The notes under the pieces were generated by a model, which was not told the DNA's origin, did not search any database, and was given only the letters and a program-made list of their open reading frames with translations. DNA of 64,000 nucleotides from positions 62,001 through 126,000 of the forward strand of contig JAPETS010000007.1 in assembly GCA_026023565.1 (NCBI GenBank), given 5' to 3'. Source of the DNA: Cirrosporium novae-zelandiae. Lineage: Eukaryota. Below, piece by piece: positions 36,794 through 49,444 of the stretch (its first letter is position 1; each line of letters starts with the position of its first letter). A program made the translations under genes and the position numbers.

Positions 36794-38051
36794 TCGAAGT
36801 TCATGATGGAACTATGATTAATGACGACGACCTTTGGGGAATTAGAAAAATTAATAGGCCAGACTGTAGCCTGCGAATGCTCGGTTGATATTGAATACGA
36901 GCAAGCAATTCATTTATACTGACGACAACTGTTCCGTCGGCGTTTCTTTTTCCTTCTCCTTGAGTGATAGTAGTAGAGAACGCAAGCATGATATTCGATG
37001 AAAGGGTAAGATATCGTGATAGAACGGAACGATTTCAAAGAAAGCTTGTAGGGATATGACATGGGAGGTTAATGAAGAAACGGCGAACCCCTGAATGGAA
37101 CAATAGAAGAATGGAAACAATTGCTCCGTGTGAAATGAGGGGGGACATGGCAATGGAAAAAAATATGGTGAAGAAACGACGTAGCAGTAACAATCCAGCC
37201 ACACCTGCTGCCAACACAGGAAGGAGGTTGCTGTGACGGATTGTATGCATTATTCTGCATGAGTATCATACGATAGTCGGATAGATTCAAATGGGAATGG
37301 GGTAAGGAAATGAGAGAGGTTGGCTTGGAGGTCTGGACCAAAAAAGTAACATGAATTGCGTGCCATGTTCCTAGGTAAGTTTTGGTAAGGTGTCGATAAC
37401 ATGAAGGGCCGGACTACAATTTGTGGAATATCAAGAATTTGTGGAAGGTCCTGGTGGAATCCGTTGAAGGTCTCGGCAAGTTAAGTAAATTGACAGGGTT
37501 TCAGATTAATGTTGAATGGATGATTAAGGATATCCAACTAAGGACAGAAACTAATGACTCTTGATTTTCTTAATTGTCCTTGACTCTTTCTTGGTTAAAA
37601 GCTTCATATAGGGCTTTACCTCTTGTCCTGTCAAGGATTGAGGTCTTCATTTTTTCAGTTCCTAGATTAGGGCATCAGCTTATCCGAAGCTGATCCGAAA
37701 GCTTCATGAAAAATGTTCCATAGTGTTTTTGAGTCTCCAATATGGGAAATGCCCTCAGGTGGAGGCTTTTCTGACTTCTCAATGACAACTCGACCGTTGA
37801 CAACAAAAGATCAAATAAAAATTTAATATTTCCCTCTCTTGTGATTTGTCCAGCAGAAAAAATATCCGTCCCCGTCTCCATTCCTCGCCGATAAGCGTGG
37901 ACACAAATTAATTCCATTGCTTCCGACACTACCACCCAGGCACCAAACAATTTGACACCAATCGAGGAACTTCTCCGGCGAAGCATATGCGGGCCTGCAG
38001 AACCTTTCCGGCCGTTAATTCAACTTCATTTGCAACCTCCTCCTTGATGTA

Positions 38052-38058
38052 TATATAA
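38052..38058 (+). promoter_or_regulatory. TATA box (TATATAA) of the polygalacturonase gene
   Basis: About 135 bp upstream of the ATG at 38191 and followed by a pyrimidine-rich leader. Confidence 0.5.
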
Positions 38059-38190
38059 GGACCATGTCAATCTCTCGTTTTTTTTGTTTTTTTTTTATCT
38101 CCATCCTCATCAGTTCCTTCTGACTTGAATCCTCTCCAGTCAAACATTTCAACCCCTTCTTCCCTTGTCTTTGTTGCGCCATTTACAAAA

Positions 38191-39453
38191 ATGGTTGGCT
38201 TGAACTTCGTCGCCGGGCTTATGCTCAGCGCAGCGGCTATCATGGTTGCTGCCGAGCCTGCCCCAGTTCCAACTGCTGCCCCAAACCTTGAGGAGGCTGC
38301 TTTGGAGAAGCGCAGTGCTTGCACTTTCACAGCTTACACTGCTGCGACCAAGTCCAAGACCTCTTGCTCCACCATTGTTCTGTCCAGCATTGCTGTCCCA
38401 TCTGGGAAGACTCTGGATATGACTGGTCTTACCAAGGGTACTACTGTAAGTAACATTACAGATATGGTCAACGCAAGAGCAGGGACTAATCTTCACAGGT
38501 TATCTTCGAAGGAACTACCACCTTTGGCTATAAAGAGTGGTCTGGACCTTTGATTTCCTTCTCTGGTACCGATATCACCATCAAGGGTGCTTCGGGCCAC
38601 GAAATCAACGGCAACGGAGCCAAATGGTGGGACGGGGGGGGTAGCAACAGCGGAAAAACCAAGCCAAAGTTTTTCTACGCTCATAGCTTGAAGCAATCTA
38701 CCATTACCGGTCTTAACATTGTCAACACTCCCGTCCAGTGCTTCAGTATCAACAGCGCTGAGGATCTGACCATCTCCGATGTCACCATCGACAACTCTGA
38801 CGGCGATACCCTCGACTCCGACGGCGATGCTTTGGGACACAACACCGATGCCTTTGATGTTGGCTCCAGTAGTTATGTTACCATTGATGGCGCAACTGTC
38901 TACAACCAAGATGACTGCTTGGCCATCAACTCCGGCTCAGTAAGTTAATTATTCTCAATTGGTATACTGATCATTTGTGCTTACCTTACTCTAGTACATT
39001 ACTTTCAGCAATGGTTACTGCTCTGGTGGCCATGGTCTATCTATCGGTTCGGTCGGTGGCCGTTCCAACAACGTTGTGGAGAACATCTGGATTTCAGGTA
39101 GCACTGTGACTAAATCTCAGAACGGTGTTCGCATCAAGACTGTCTACGATGCTACCGGTTCCGTCAGCAACGTGACCTACAAGGACATCACTCTGTCCAG
39201 CATCACCAAATACGGCATTGTTATTGAGCAAGATTATGAGAACGGCTCTCCCACTGGCACCCCTACTGATGGTGTCCCAATCACTGACCTCACCCTCAAC
39301 AAGGTTACCGGCACCGTTAAGAGCACCGCAACCAACAAATACATCCTCTGTGCTGAAGGAGCTTGCTCTGACTGGACCTGGACCAGTGTTAGTGTTACTG
39401 GCGGCAAGACTAGCACCAAGTGCAGCAACGTCCCTGACGACATTACTTGCTAA
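38191..39453 (+). CDS. Secreted endo-polygalacturonase (GH28); exons 38191-38445, 38499-38939, 38995-39453
   Basis: Signal peptide plus Kex2 site (LEKR). All four catalytic motifs are present: [27 protein letters not shown]. Conserved cysteines. Confidence 0.95.
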
Positions 39454-41020
39454 AAAAAGCAGTGGGTTCACCGCTAGGCCCTTAAGGCCAACGGTTTATT
39501 GTATATAGTGAATGTGAAAGCAAAAGAATTATGAAAAGGCAAACAGAAAGTCCAAGTACAGAACAAGAGCTATAACCTATAGTATGATGAATGTGGTTGA
39601 CAATGCTTCTCTCACAATGTAAAATGCAGGAATTGAGACAACCGGCAGTTAAAGAAAGTACCTAATGAGTATGATAGTCATGTGAAAAAGCCTGAAGAAT
39701 GGATTATTATTATTCCAGGTATCTAGATTACTGTAGCAAAATGATGGCATTGTGAAAGGGGCCAACAGACAAGGGAAAGTTTGTCACACGACGTCAGGCT
39801 GATTCGTGTTAAAGACGTGATGGGGAGGACAAAGCAGTGAGTTGAGATGATGACGTGTGGGGGGATCCAACGTTAGTTCCGAGGCCACGCTTGGGATAAT
39901 TTCGTAGGTGGCGGAAAAGAGCTGAAGCGAATTCAAAGTAAAATCGAATCAGGTTTGCTACTATTGGGTGGCTGAATTATTCCGGACAAGTGCGTGGACA
40001 CACAGTCACACAGTCAGTACAAAGCTGGGCCAAGCTTTCCTGTGTCTCAGATTGCCGAAGGAGCCACAAAGAGTTGATTGGTGGGTTGAATCGAGGTAAT
40101 CTGGCAGGTTATCGAGATGTATCGAGATGTATCTGTCAATCTTGTTTGATCGGCTAGTGAATGAAGCACCACCAGGTAAAAAAAATAAACCCCGCACATT
40201 TTCCCCATCTACTTGGTACGGCTTTCACGGCATCAGTTCCGCTTAAGTCTTCAGGAACCATGGAACTATTATCGGCGGTTCGAATTCTATTCCATTCTAC
40301 TTTAAGAAGGTGGCGAGGGATTGGTCCAGTCTATCGAGGTGTGCGAAGAAATGTTTTTTTCAAAGACGAGAGATATTGTATGTGGAAAGAAAAAGCAAGC
40401 CCTATGTACTATATACGCCGCACCCCGTATTCCTACTTGGCTGCGGCATGCAGGGGAGGGAATCAGGCAGAGTCTGGACTGTTTTCTTTAGGGGTTTTCG
40501 GTATCTTTTCCACCCATTCATCCGTAATCTTCAACTCAACATTTAAACATCTATATTAATACATGTTCTCATCTTCCCATCTCCTCATCGTTTTTTTTTT
40601 CAATCCTATCTCACTGAGTCCTCTAATTTTTATATTCCAGCTTTTCGCTTTTCGCTTTTCTTGCATAGCAAAAAGCAGAGGATAGAAGATTGTTGTGGGT
40701 TTAATTAATTGATTTTCAGATAAATTATTTAATCCCTTTTGAGTGCTCAGATCGTTGCAACCCTCGGGTCCCCCAGTGATCGGTCGCTCCCTACCACTTT
40801 CAAATTGTTCTGATCCAAACGCCTATTATAGCCTCAGGTTTTAGCCAACCACCACCTACACTGACCCACAATCCACCACCCCTCTATCCATAGCTCTTAT
40901 TCTTTTCACCTCTCTTCACCCCTCTATTATCGGTCATCTTATTTTGGGACTTATAAATACTCACCACATCCGACTTCTCTTATCCATCTTTCCCCCTTAG
41001 TTGTTGATCGCTCAATTATT

Positions 41021-42360
41021 ATGCCCCCCCATCGGACTACTACACTAGCCAAGGCTACCAAGACAGAACGAACCCATGAAGAAAATCAAGAAAGGTTTCT
41101 ACCACATTATCATGTTGTTGGGCAATCACATTACCTAACTATCTTTCAAGGGCCTATATCGCTGCGTCTCGGCGGAGTGACCGGAGTCTGGAAGCCCGGA
41201 TAGAATCTGCTCGTCGCGCTTCCGAGATACACAAAAAACGAACTGGTCGCTCGTTCCGAGTAACGGAGCAAGACGTCATCAACGAGGATATGTATGAAGA
41301 AGAGGATGATGACGTCCCCATCCACCTTCGAAGACTCACCCAGCATCTGCAGACTGGTTCACCACAATTCAATCAACGACTGGCAGCATACCTTCAGCAG
41401 CAGATAGCAATGCGAAATTATATTGAACAAACTCAGCTACGGCGCCATACTCACCAACCAATGGCAAATCATGGCCAACAAGGAATGGTATATCCTACCT
41501 CCTTCGCCCAGAACGGGACCCAGGATCCAATGTTCCAAACGGCAAATATGGGTCGGACTTCTTTTCAACATGTTCCTACTCCCTACCAACAGCAACCATA
41601 TCCTATTCCTGGGCAATACGCGACCCGACCTCATCCTCATGCCCGCTCGGTATCCATTTCAACCCTGGAGGAACTCACTGGGAATAATCATTTTTTGAAC
41701 CGACCATCGGGTGCAACATCTCACTATCCCGAAGCTCGACGCACATCTTTAGCAACCTTATCAACACCATCGTCATCAACAATTCAATGCTCTCCTGCCA
41801 ATATATCCAACTCACCAGCGCTACATGAGCAATATCACTCACTCTCATTCTATAATCACCAGCGGAACTCACCTCTGAATACCTCCAGCATCACCCAAGA
41901 TTCAAGCCCATTGACCAATCAGTTGCCGCAGGAGTCGCAGCAGCTACTTGCACCGGCTTATAACGCCTGTGATCCCATGACGGCGGGAATGATTGGCGCA
42001 GATACCCTTTGCCTCTTCCATAACAATTCAAACGCTTCATCCAAGTCCTCTACTTACAACAACCTCCATTTCGTTAACCCTACTCTCGCACCGCAAACAT
42101 TCATACCAGATGCTAGAACGACCTTGACAGCTGGTGCATCTACTTCAATCAGTACCCCGACGAACGATAATTTTAATTTTGACGCTAATGACCTATTCGG
42201 CAATTTCGACGACCAAAAATGCACTTTTCAGGACTCGAGCTTATTTTTGGATGGTATAGGAAGTGAAAACCAAAGTGGGAATGAGACACCTGGTTATGAT
42301 CCTATCAACGCATTCACCTCGTATGGCCAGCCCGGTCAGGAACCTGAAGACGAATCATGA
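41021..42360 (+). CDS. Hypothetical protein with a basic helical N-terminal domain and Q/P/S-rich tail; exons 41021-41094, 41151-42360
   Basis: Intron GTTTCT..CTAAC..AAG gives KTERTHEENQER|AYIAASRRSDRSLEARIESARRASEIHKKRTGRSFRVTEQDVINEDMYEEEDD, continuous with the 356-aa ORF. Confidence 0.8.
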
Positions 42361-43525
42361 CGATGGAGATCTACCCTCGTCCTTAGGCAGTTTGGTTGAT
42401 ATGTGAATGGCTAATTGGTTATAATGAGCCTAGCGCTCTGGAGTCCACAAACTTGATGATTTAATTACAATTGTTTTTAAAAAAATACACGGAACAAAAA
42501 CGGAAGGCGTTTTATTGGAGATATGGACCTGCTTTGCTTTACGAATATACCCAGCAGGAAGTATAGTACATCAGGAACTGAACGGATGTCGGTTAGGATT
42601 TTATATTTGTTTTCAGAATGCTTCTCTTTTTTCGGGCTGGGACAGAGACATGGATAAAAAGGCCATAACAACGAGGGTTTTTGGATGGATAAGAGATATC
42701 ATGTAATTTCTTTTAGCAGTGCAGGTCGGCGGCTTGTAGAAGAAATTAAAAAAAAAACAACGCTTAGTTGAAAAATTCATGGCGTTGCGAATCCTTTCCC
42801 GCGTACGTATTCTATAACATGATAGGTAAGAAAAATTAATCATGATCCATTATTATTATTCCAAAGAAATTGAACATGTCAAGCTGGAGGGGTTCGATGG
42901 ATCTCCAAGAAGGAAAACGCAAAACATACTGTACTGTACTGTACAGTAATTAACTACCAAAAATATTAGTTAGTCAGAAGAAGTCAGAGGGGAAGAGGGA
43001 ATTCCCCAAAGATCCATCCATTCTATTCCATGCCCCCCGGTGCAGCTACTCGAGTACTGTACTGTAGGGTCAAAGCGCACGGAATTAGCTTTTAGCTTTG
43101 GACTGCCCCATTTTCGCAGGCACTTTTCTACTTTCTTAGATACCTAGGTACAGTACAACAAGTTTATTTCATCCCTTCCCCTTCCCTCCACATAGATAGG
43201 ATATAATACAAACGAAACGAAACGAAAGGCATTCCGGAACGGAACTAACTCTTCTCACTTAACTAAAACATTTAATTAGGAGTAGGGAAGTAGGTAAGTA
43301 AATAAAGTGATTACTATAGCATGCAGAGCAGATCATGAAAAACAAGGGTATCCAGCTTCCTTTTTCCTTGGAATTGGAATTATTTATATATTTATATAAG
43401 GAGCGTCCATCAACCCCCCCCTTTTTCCCGGTTCCCCGATTTCCGATTTTAAAGACTAGAAGGGAAAGAGAAATAAGGAATAAGGAATAGAAAAACTTAT
43501 GCTTATTACTGCCGGGTGCGGATGA

Positions 43526-43795
43526 ACACACACACACACTCACAGTGCTTGCTTAATTCCTGAGATTTCTCATGTTTGATTGTTTTTCGTATCCAATTTT
43601 TGTAGAGGGGAGGGAATGGGGAAGGGAAGGGGGGATTGTCTTATCACATATATACATACTAAAAAAAAGAGAGGGGGGGGGAGGGGGTCTTTCAAAAACC
43701 AAAGACAGAAAAAGTTGGTTCATACATAGTCTAAGAGAGTTATTATAGATACACGACATACACGACACACACACACACACACTGCACACACACAC
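43526..43795. repeat. Cluster of (CA)n microsatellites and purine runs in the convergent intergenic region
   Basis: (AC)7 near 43526 and CA tracts at about 43765-43795, plus G/A runs at 43610-43690. Confidence 0.85.
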
Positions 43796-44520
43796 CGTGA
43801 GACTGATAACCCACCTATCTACCTGCCTAGGTACCTAGGTACAATACCTACTTTAGCTTTTATGAAATCTTGATTGACTGACTGACTTGATTGTAATTTT
43901 CTTCTTTCTCTAATTATCGGTGGGTAATTAAGTAGAGGTAGGCGCCCTTTCTTCATGATCATCAAGTTGGCTAACTGGCTAGCTAGCTTTAGGAAGGAAG
44001 GGGTAGATTTGAAATATTGTTAAAGCTATACCTTACCTTAGGTATAGGCGGAATGAGCGTCGGAACCCCCGAACCAGTACGACAAATTTTTTGTTAGATA
44101 GATCTTTCTCTTTCTCTCAATATATTATCTCATCGTGTCCGTTTACCCTTCTCACGGCTAAGTAGTCGGGAAGAGATAATGCATGGTTAGAATATTTTCA
44201 TGTTCCTTAGGAATTTTGGTAGGTATTTTTCTTCGCATTGTGTTTGTGGTTGGTAGCTACCTTAAAGTCTCATGCTGTGCTGTGCTGCTTGCAAGCCCCT
44301 ATCCCCAATCGCCCGCTAGTTTATTCCTTAGCACGTAGAGAAGAAAACACACTTGAAAGCGTAACATACAAGCGGGCGCCCGCTTTGGGAAAAAAAGAAA
44401 CGCCCATAATACAATTCATGCAATCCATCACATCGAGTATCCGTCATCATCACCCGTCGTTCCTATTCTCGTGTTCCAACCATGTCAAAACCCGAAACCA
44501 CACGCACAAAAGCCTCCTCA

Positions 44521-46168
44521 TCACAGGAAAGTTGGCCTTACGCTATCTAAGCTAGGTCTCACGCTCGAACTACTACTGCGTCGTCGATTCTTCCTTGTTT
44601 CGGCAGGATCGCTTGGATTGAGGCCGCTTGCGCGAGCGAACAGGTTTAAGATGTCAGTGAGGGAGACAACACCGCAGAGACGGCCGGAAAGACCACTAGC
44701 GCCGCTTGGAATACTAGAGGTTGGGCTGGTTGGCATGAAAGGTGGGGTTGCGTGTGGAGATGCTGGCGGTTGTGGCGGTGAAACAGAATGCGCTGAGTGG
44801 GGAGGGGGTGCAGGGTGGATGACAGATGGTGGGGGAAGGACGATAGTAGAATGGGAAGGAGTGGGTGGTGCTGAAGAAGATGGAGAAGGTGCGTCGGTTA
44901 TCCACATGCTGTATTCAAAGCAGTTAGTACATTGATGTAGTTAGGAAATGCTTAAGGGTGGCCAAACCGGTGAGAGATAGTTGCAATAAGCTTAGCTACC
45001 GTATGGGCAAGCGTAGAGTAAGGGCTGACATGGAAGACCGGGAACGAGTCTCTGCCGTGTTCAAGACCGCGTTCGGAGAGGATAATACGACAGAAATTGA
45101 TGCAGGTGTTGGAAAGAATTGGGAGAGCAGAGGCTTTGGTGAGATGCCGAGTATCAACCGTAGAAATGTTTCCAATTACGTTGAGTCCTTGGTCTAAGAC
45201 TGCAATAGAGGTGACGCCCTCGTCGAACATCAACTTCAAGGCCTCTTGAAGGGGCTTTTCACCACTAGTCAAGTTAGCTGGCATATAATGAAATGTGCGG
45301 AGTTGGCCGTCTACCTTATTGCAATGATTGTCTGAGATCCAACAGAAAGTCGATCAAGAGTCAGGGGATACAGCTTGTCCAAGTCGGGGAAGCAGTTACG
45401 ATTCTCCCACAAGAACTTAAGCACTCGGAATTGACTGAGAACACCGCAAGCTTTGTCTGTGCCCTCTTTTACAAGTACCACTCGATGAACACCACCTCCA
45501 AAGGTTTCGATGGCTTTAGATAGGTTTGCATTATCTGGAATCGTAACGAATCGTTCTTTCTTCCCTAGAATAGCAAGATCTCTCAATAAGATCTTACCCT
45601 CACCGCGGGCCTTTCGTCCTAGCTCATTGAAAGTATCACGCTGAGATTCATCTGGTTGAAGTACACCAATGTTGAAAAGTAGGAATGCATTAAGGTCATT
45701 GAAATCGAAGGTTCCAATGATGTTTTCAGCCTCGGGTGTCTCGCGGACAAGGAGGACTTGGTATTTGCCAGTGGTGAGCCTCTAGAAAGACGGGTCAGCT
45801 TAATGCGAGGCTAGGAATTGGATCATTACTGCTCTTACAGTGGTCGCGGACTCTATATCGATATCAAGATCAACAAATTGATGACTCTCAAGGCCAACTA
45901 GCTCTCCAACCTGGATGGAACGCCAATCCCGACCGGCGAATTTGGGATCTGCTGCTCCAGCAACAGGAGGATCATCTCTCAAGTTCTGAGCAGAGATGGA
46001 CATATGACGAGAAGTTCTTGGGGATGGCGGGACTCCCCCAAAGCTGTCCGCCGTGAAGCTTACACGGTGGCTAGAATATCCTGTCATGAATATGGTGGTT
46101 AGTCTGCGAGGTAGAAGTGGTGTCGACAAGAAGGCGTCTATGGCCTTCTTCTTTTCTTGGCGCCCCAT
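44521..46168 (-). CDS. SDS23: CBS-domain protein Sds23/Moc1-like; exons ~46168-45839, 45781-45315, 45264-44968, 44908-44521 (start uncertain)
   Basis: [112 protein letters not shown]. Three GT-AG introns keep the frame. The start could be 46168, 46087 or an upstream micro-exon. Confidence 0.85.
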
Positions 46169-47098
46169 ACCGAGAGTACTTGGGGGGGCGTTTATCGATA
46201 GCACAGAGTTAACCGCTCATTAGGCAAAGAAGCGAGAGCGGGGTAAAACATGTAAAGTGCCTAGGTACGCGCTAGGTAAAGACGGTAAAGTACCAAGCAG
46301 GATTAATGCTAAGCGCCTCACATGCAAGCTCTAAAGCTCTCAGTTTAGTATTACTTTTAAATTCCAATACGATCAGGAAAGTGATTCCTTTACTATAATT
46401 CAATGTATTTTCAAATAGTATCCAAGATGAAATGTTTACAATTTGATATCAAATCTCTTAGAATAGGCAAATAATGATACAAAATGTGCTCCGCCATTTC
46501 TTACCTATCCTGAATTGCTTACAATATTAGAAGAAAAGCTAGCACTAAAAGCACAATAAATTATGTTCACTTGCACCGTACATATGCAATGTAGATTCTA
46601 GTTTAATAATAATTTGTTGAAGGAAATTACAATGTAGCCAGAAGAGTAAATATCAATCTACTAATAGTACTCAAATCAACTGTAGCTTGTAGGCCAATTT
46701 CAGGGTTTATTGTCTATTGGGCACTAGATTAGATTTGTTGGGTTCATTGGTTCCAAAAGTGACTCCAGTGACTCCTCACCCCCTCTCCCCCCGAGACGCT
46801 TCGCTTGACAGCTGCCACTTCAGAACTCGACTCATGATGCTCAACTTAACAATACTACCAACATAAACTGATCCACTTCTCATTTGCAACTCAACCACCA
46901 CTTCGCAACTCTGTCTTTTTGCTATGGAAGAATCCAGATCACAATCACGATATTTACTGTACACATCTCCTACTTTTTCTTGACCTTTTACCTCGTCTTT
47001 TAACTCATCCCAGACCCTCATCCCGCTACAAATCCACCTTGTAGATCAGCCTCACCTTCTAGGGAAGCTGTATCTACAACATACTACCTTCTGTTTTT

Positions 47099-48693
47099 AT
47101 GATTTCCGACGATGACCATGGTCATTTATTGGACCTTACTCCTGCAATTGACCTTTTGGGATCACTTTCCTTAAATGACATCCACTTTGATCAGGATGGT
47201 AAATATCGAGGTGTAGCCACTTCAGATGCGCAAGTCACGCCTTCACACTCGACTACGAACAATAACACTTCACTCGCTTTGATTTCGATTCGCCCACCAT
47301 CACCATCTTCGTCACCAAATTTGGGGACCTTCACAGATCTATGGGGGTTCCTCGGACAATCTCCTAACTTACCGCCACCCCTCTTGCTAGAAGACGATAA
47401 AGCCAATACTATTTCACTTCCAAAACCCATCAATTCTGAACCTTTATTTCACGATGATTTTAATTCCAATGCTTTTGATTTTCCAAAACCTGTTAATCGC
47501 AAAGAGAGGAAGGCTGCTAGGCGAAATGCTGTAAAGCAAAAACTACGTGAATTTGCCGCAAAAGAAAGGGCCTCTCAAGAAGCATGCCAACATCATTCCT
47601 TGTCCTCGAGTGATTTGGAAACCGAGAACGAGCTACAGAACCTCCGCTGCTCCCCAGATCGCAGAGCAGTTGTTAATGGTATACTCTATGATGTATATCG
47701 GCCCAAGCCAATATTCCATGGTTATGGCAGTACAACTTCCCCGAGCTCTGCATCTCCACCAAAAGACCCTGTAACACCTCTACGAACTAAGACCCAATAT
47801 CCCGTCTCTCAGCTATTTCTCTTCAATCCATACCATGCATCTCATAACCAAATCCTCCCTCTAGTTCAACGTACCCCTAAGGATCGCAAGGCGAGACTTA
47901 TCCTAAAGCTTTTCGAGCATCATCCTGAAGAGCAAGCACTCCTTGCCTACCCCTCGTTAATGGTACCTAGTTTAAGGGATATAAATGTGGCGGATGGTGG
48001 GGTTCATGTTTTCGTAGACGCTTCAAATGTAAGTTTAATGTACTAGATCATGTGAATGATTACTGACATGAGTAGATTATGATTGGTTTTCATGATTCCC
48101 TCAAAACGGCTCGAAATATCCCAGTTTCTAGCAAAGTTAGAAGGGCTCCTTTCTGTTTCCACAACTTTTCTCTTATCCTTGAGCGCGGTCGCCCAGTTGC
48201 GAAGCGGGTTTTGGTTGGATCCGACAATTTCCCAGCAATACAGGAGGCAAAGGATATTGGCTATGAGACAAATATCCTCGAACGAGTGCACAAGGCGAAG
48301 GAGTTGACTCCTCGCCAAAAGAGGTTTCGAAATCGTAATGGTGCATCAGGATCAAGCGGATCTGAGACGAACGCTGTGGTCTATGCGCCTGAGAAATGGG
48401 TCGAACAGGCTGTAGACGAAATTCTACACCTGAAAATACTAGAGAGCGTCGTTGACGCGACTAAGCCATCTACGATTGTTCTTGCTACCGGAGATGCTGC
48501 TGAAGCGGAATATTCGGCAGGCTTTATGTCAATGGTTGAAAGAGCACTCAAGAAAGGCTGGAAGATTGAGCTGGTAAGCTTCCGGCTAAATACCAGTGGG
48601 GCATACCGGCGAAAAGATTTCCGTTCACGTTGGGGATCAATGTTTAAGATCATTGAGTTGGACGATTACGTGGAGGAGATATTGGATATGTAA
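47099..48693 (+). CDS. NYN/PIN-like (LabA/DUF88) domain protein, putative ribonuclease; exons 47099-48028, 48076-48693
   Basis: VHVFVDASN|IMIG, WVEQAVDEILHLKILES, TIVLATGD..EYS.GF..VERALKKGWKIELVSF: PIN-fold acidic motifs after a long disordered N-terminus. Confidence 0.78.
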
Positions 48694-49444
48694 ATATGCC
48701 ACCCTTACCACGGAATGAGCGACGACTTATGTGAGACATGGAAACTTGATACCTATTGTTGCGCTGAATTTAGGCGGATGTTATGCGTATCTACGATGCA
48801 TGTTGATATTTGGAAGCATCGATCTTTCAGGTTACGATACTGAATATGGATGGCCTATTGGTAGGTCTCTGCAGATAATGCAAATCTCTTGTCAATCTTT
48901 GAAACTGCATTGTTCTACTAGTAGAATATCAAAGTAGTTTGCTCTAGAATCTCTATTTTACACGTAACTAAGAAATCTGTAAGGAGATGTACTCCTAAGT
49001 GGAGGTTAAGTTTTAAATGGCTTAGTCTACATGGACATAAGGTAACCAAGCAGAAGTCCAATATCCAGTGATAGTGAGTCTTTGAAATTGTATATCCTAA
49101 GGCAGCAGCTCTCAAACACGTCAAACTCAGTTTGCAACCCTCGAAAATATAGGATTGCCAAGAACCAATATCTACCTACACTGAACATTGTTGCCTATGG
49201 TAGAGATAGTGCAAAAAAATAATTATCATGTTTGCAATTATTTCCTTTTACTATTGATGCCTAATGTTGACAATCCATTACCTACGAATATTTAAATTCA
49301 TCAAGTTTTCTACATGGAAATTTCAACATTATCACCAACAACAAAAAAACAACAGCAACACATTATTCATATTCAGGTTTTAATTGACTCATAAACGCAT
49401 AACACAAAAAAACAAGAAAGAAAAATCGCAGGAATTGTATCATT

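Noticed and set aside
40270..40295. GGTTCGAATTC resembling a tRNA T-loop (also GGTTCGATCC at 14401)
   Set aside because: Flanks do not form a T-stem or cloverleaf, and there is no A-box.
43259..43795. Minus-strand ORFs starting with VCVC repeats
   Set aside because: Products of CA microsatellites and homopolymer runs in intergenic DNA.
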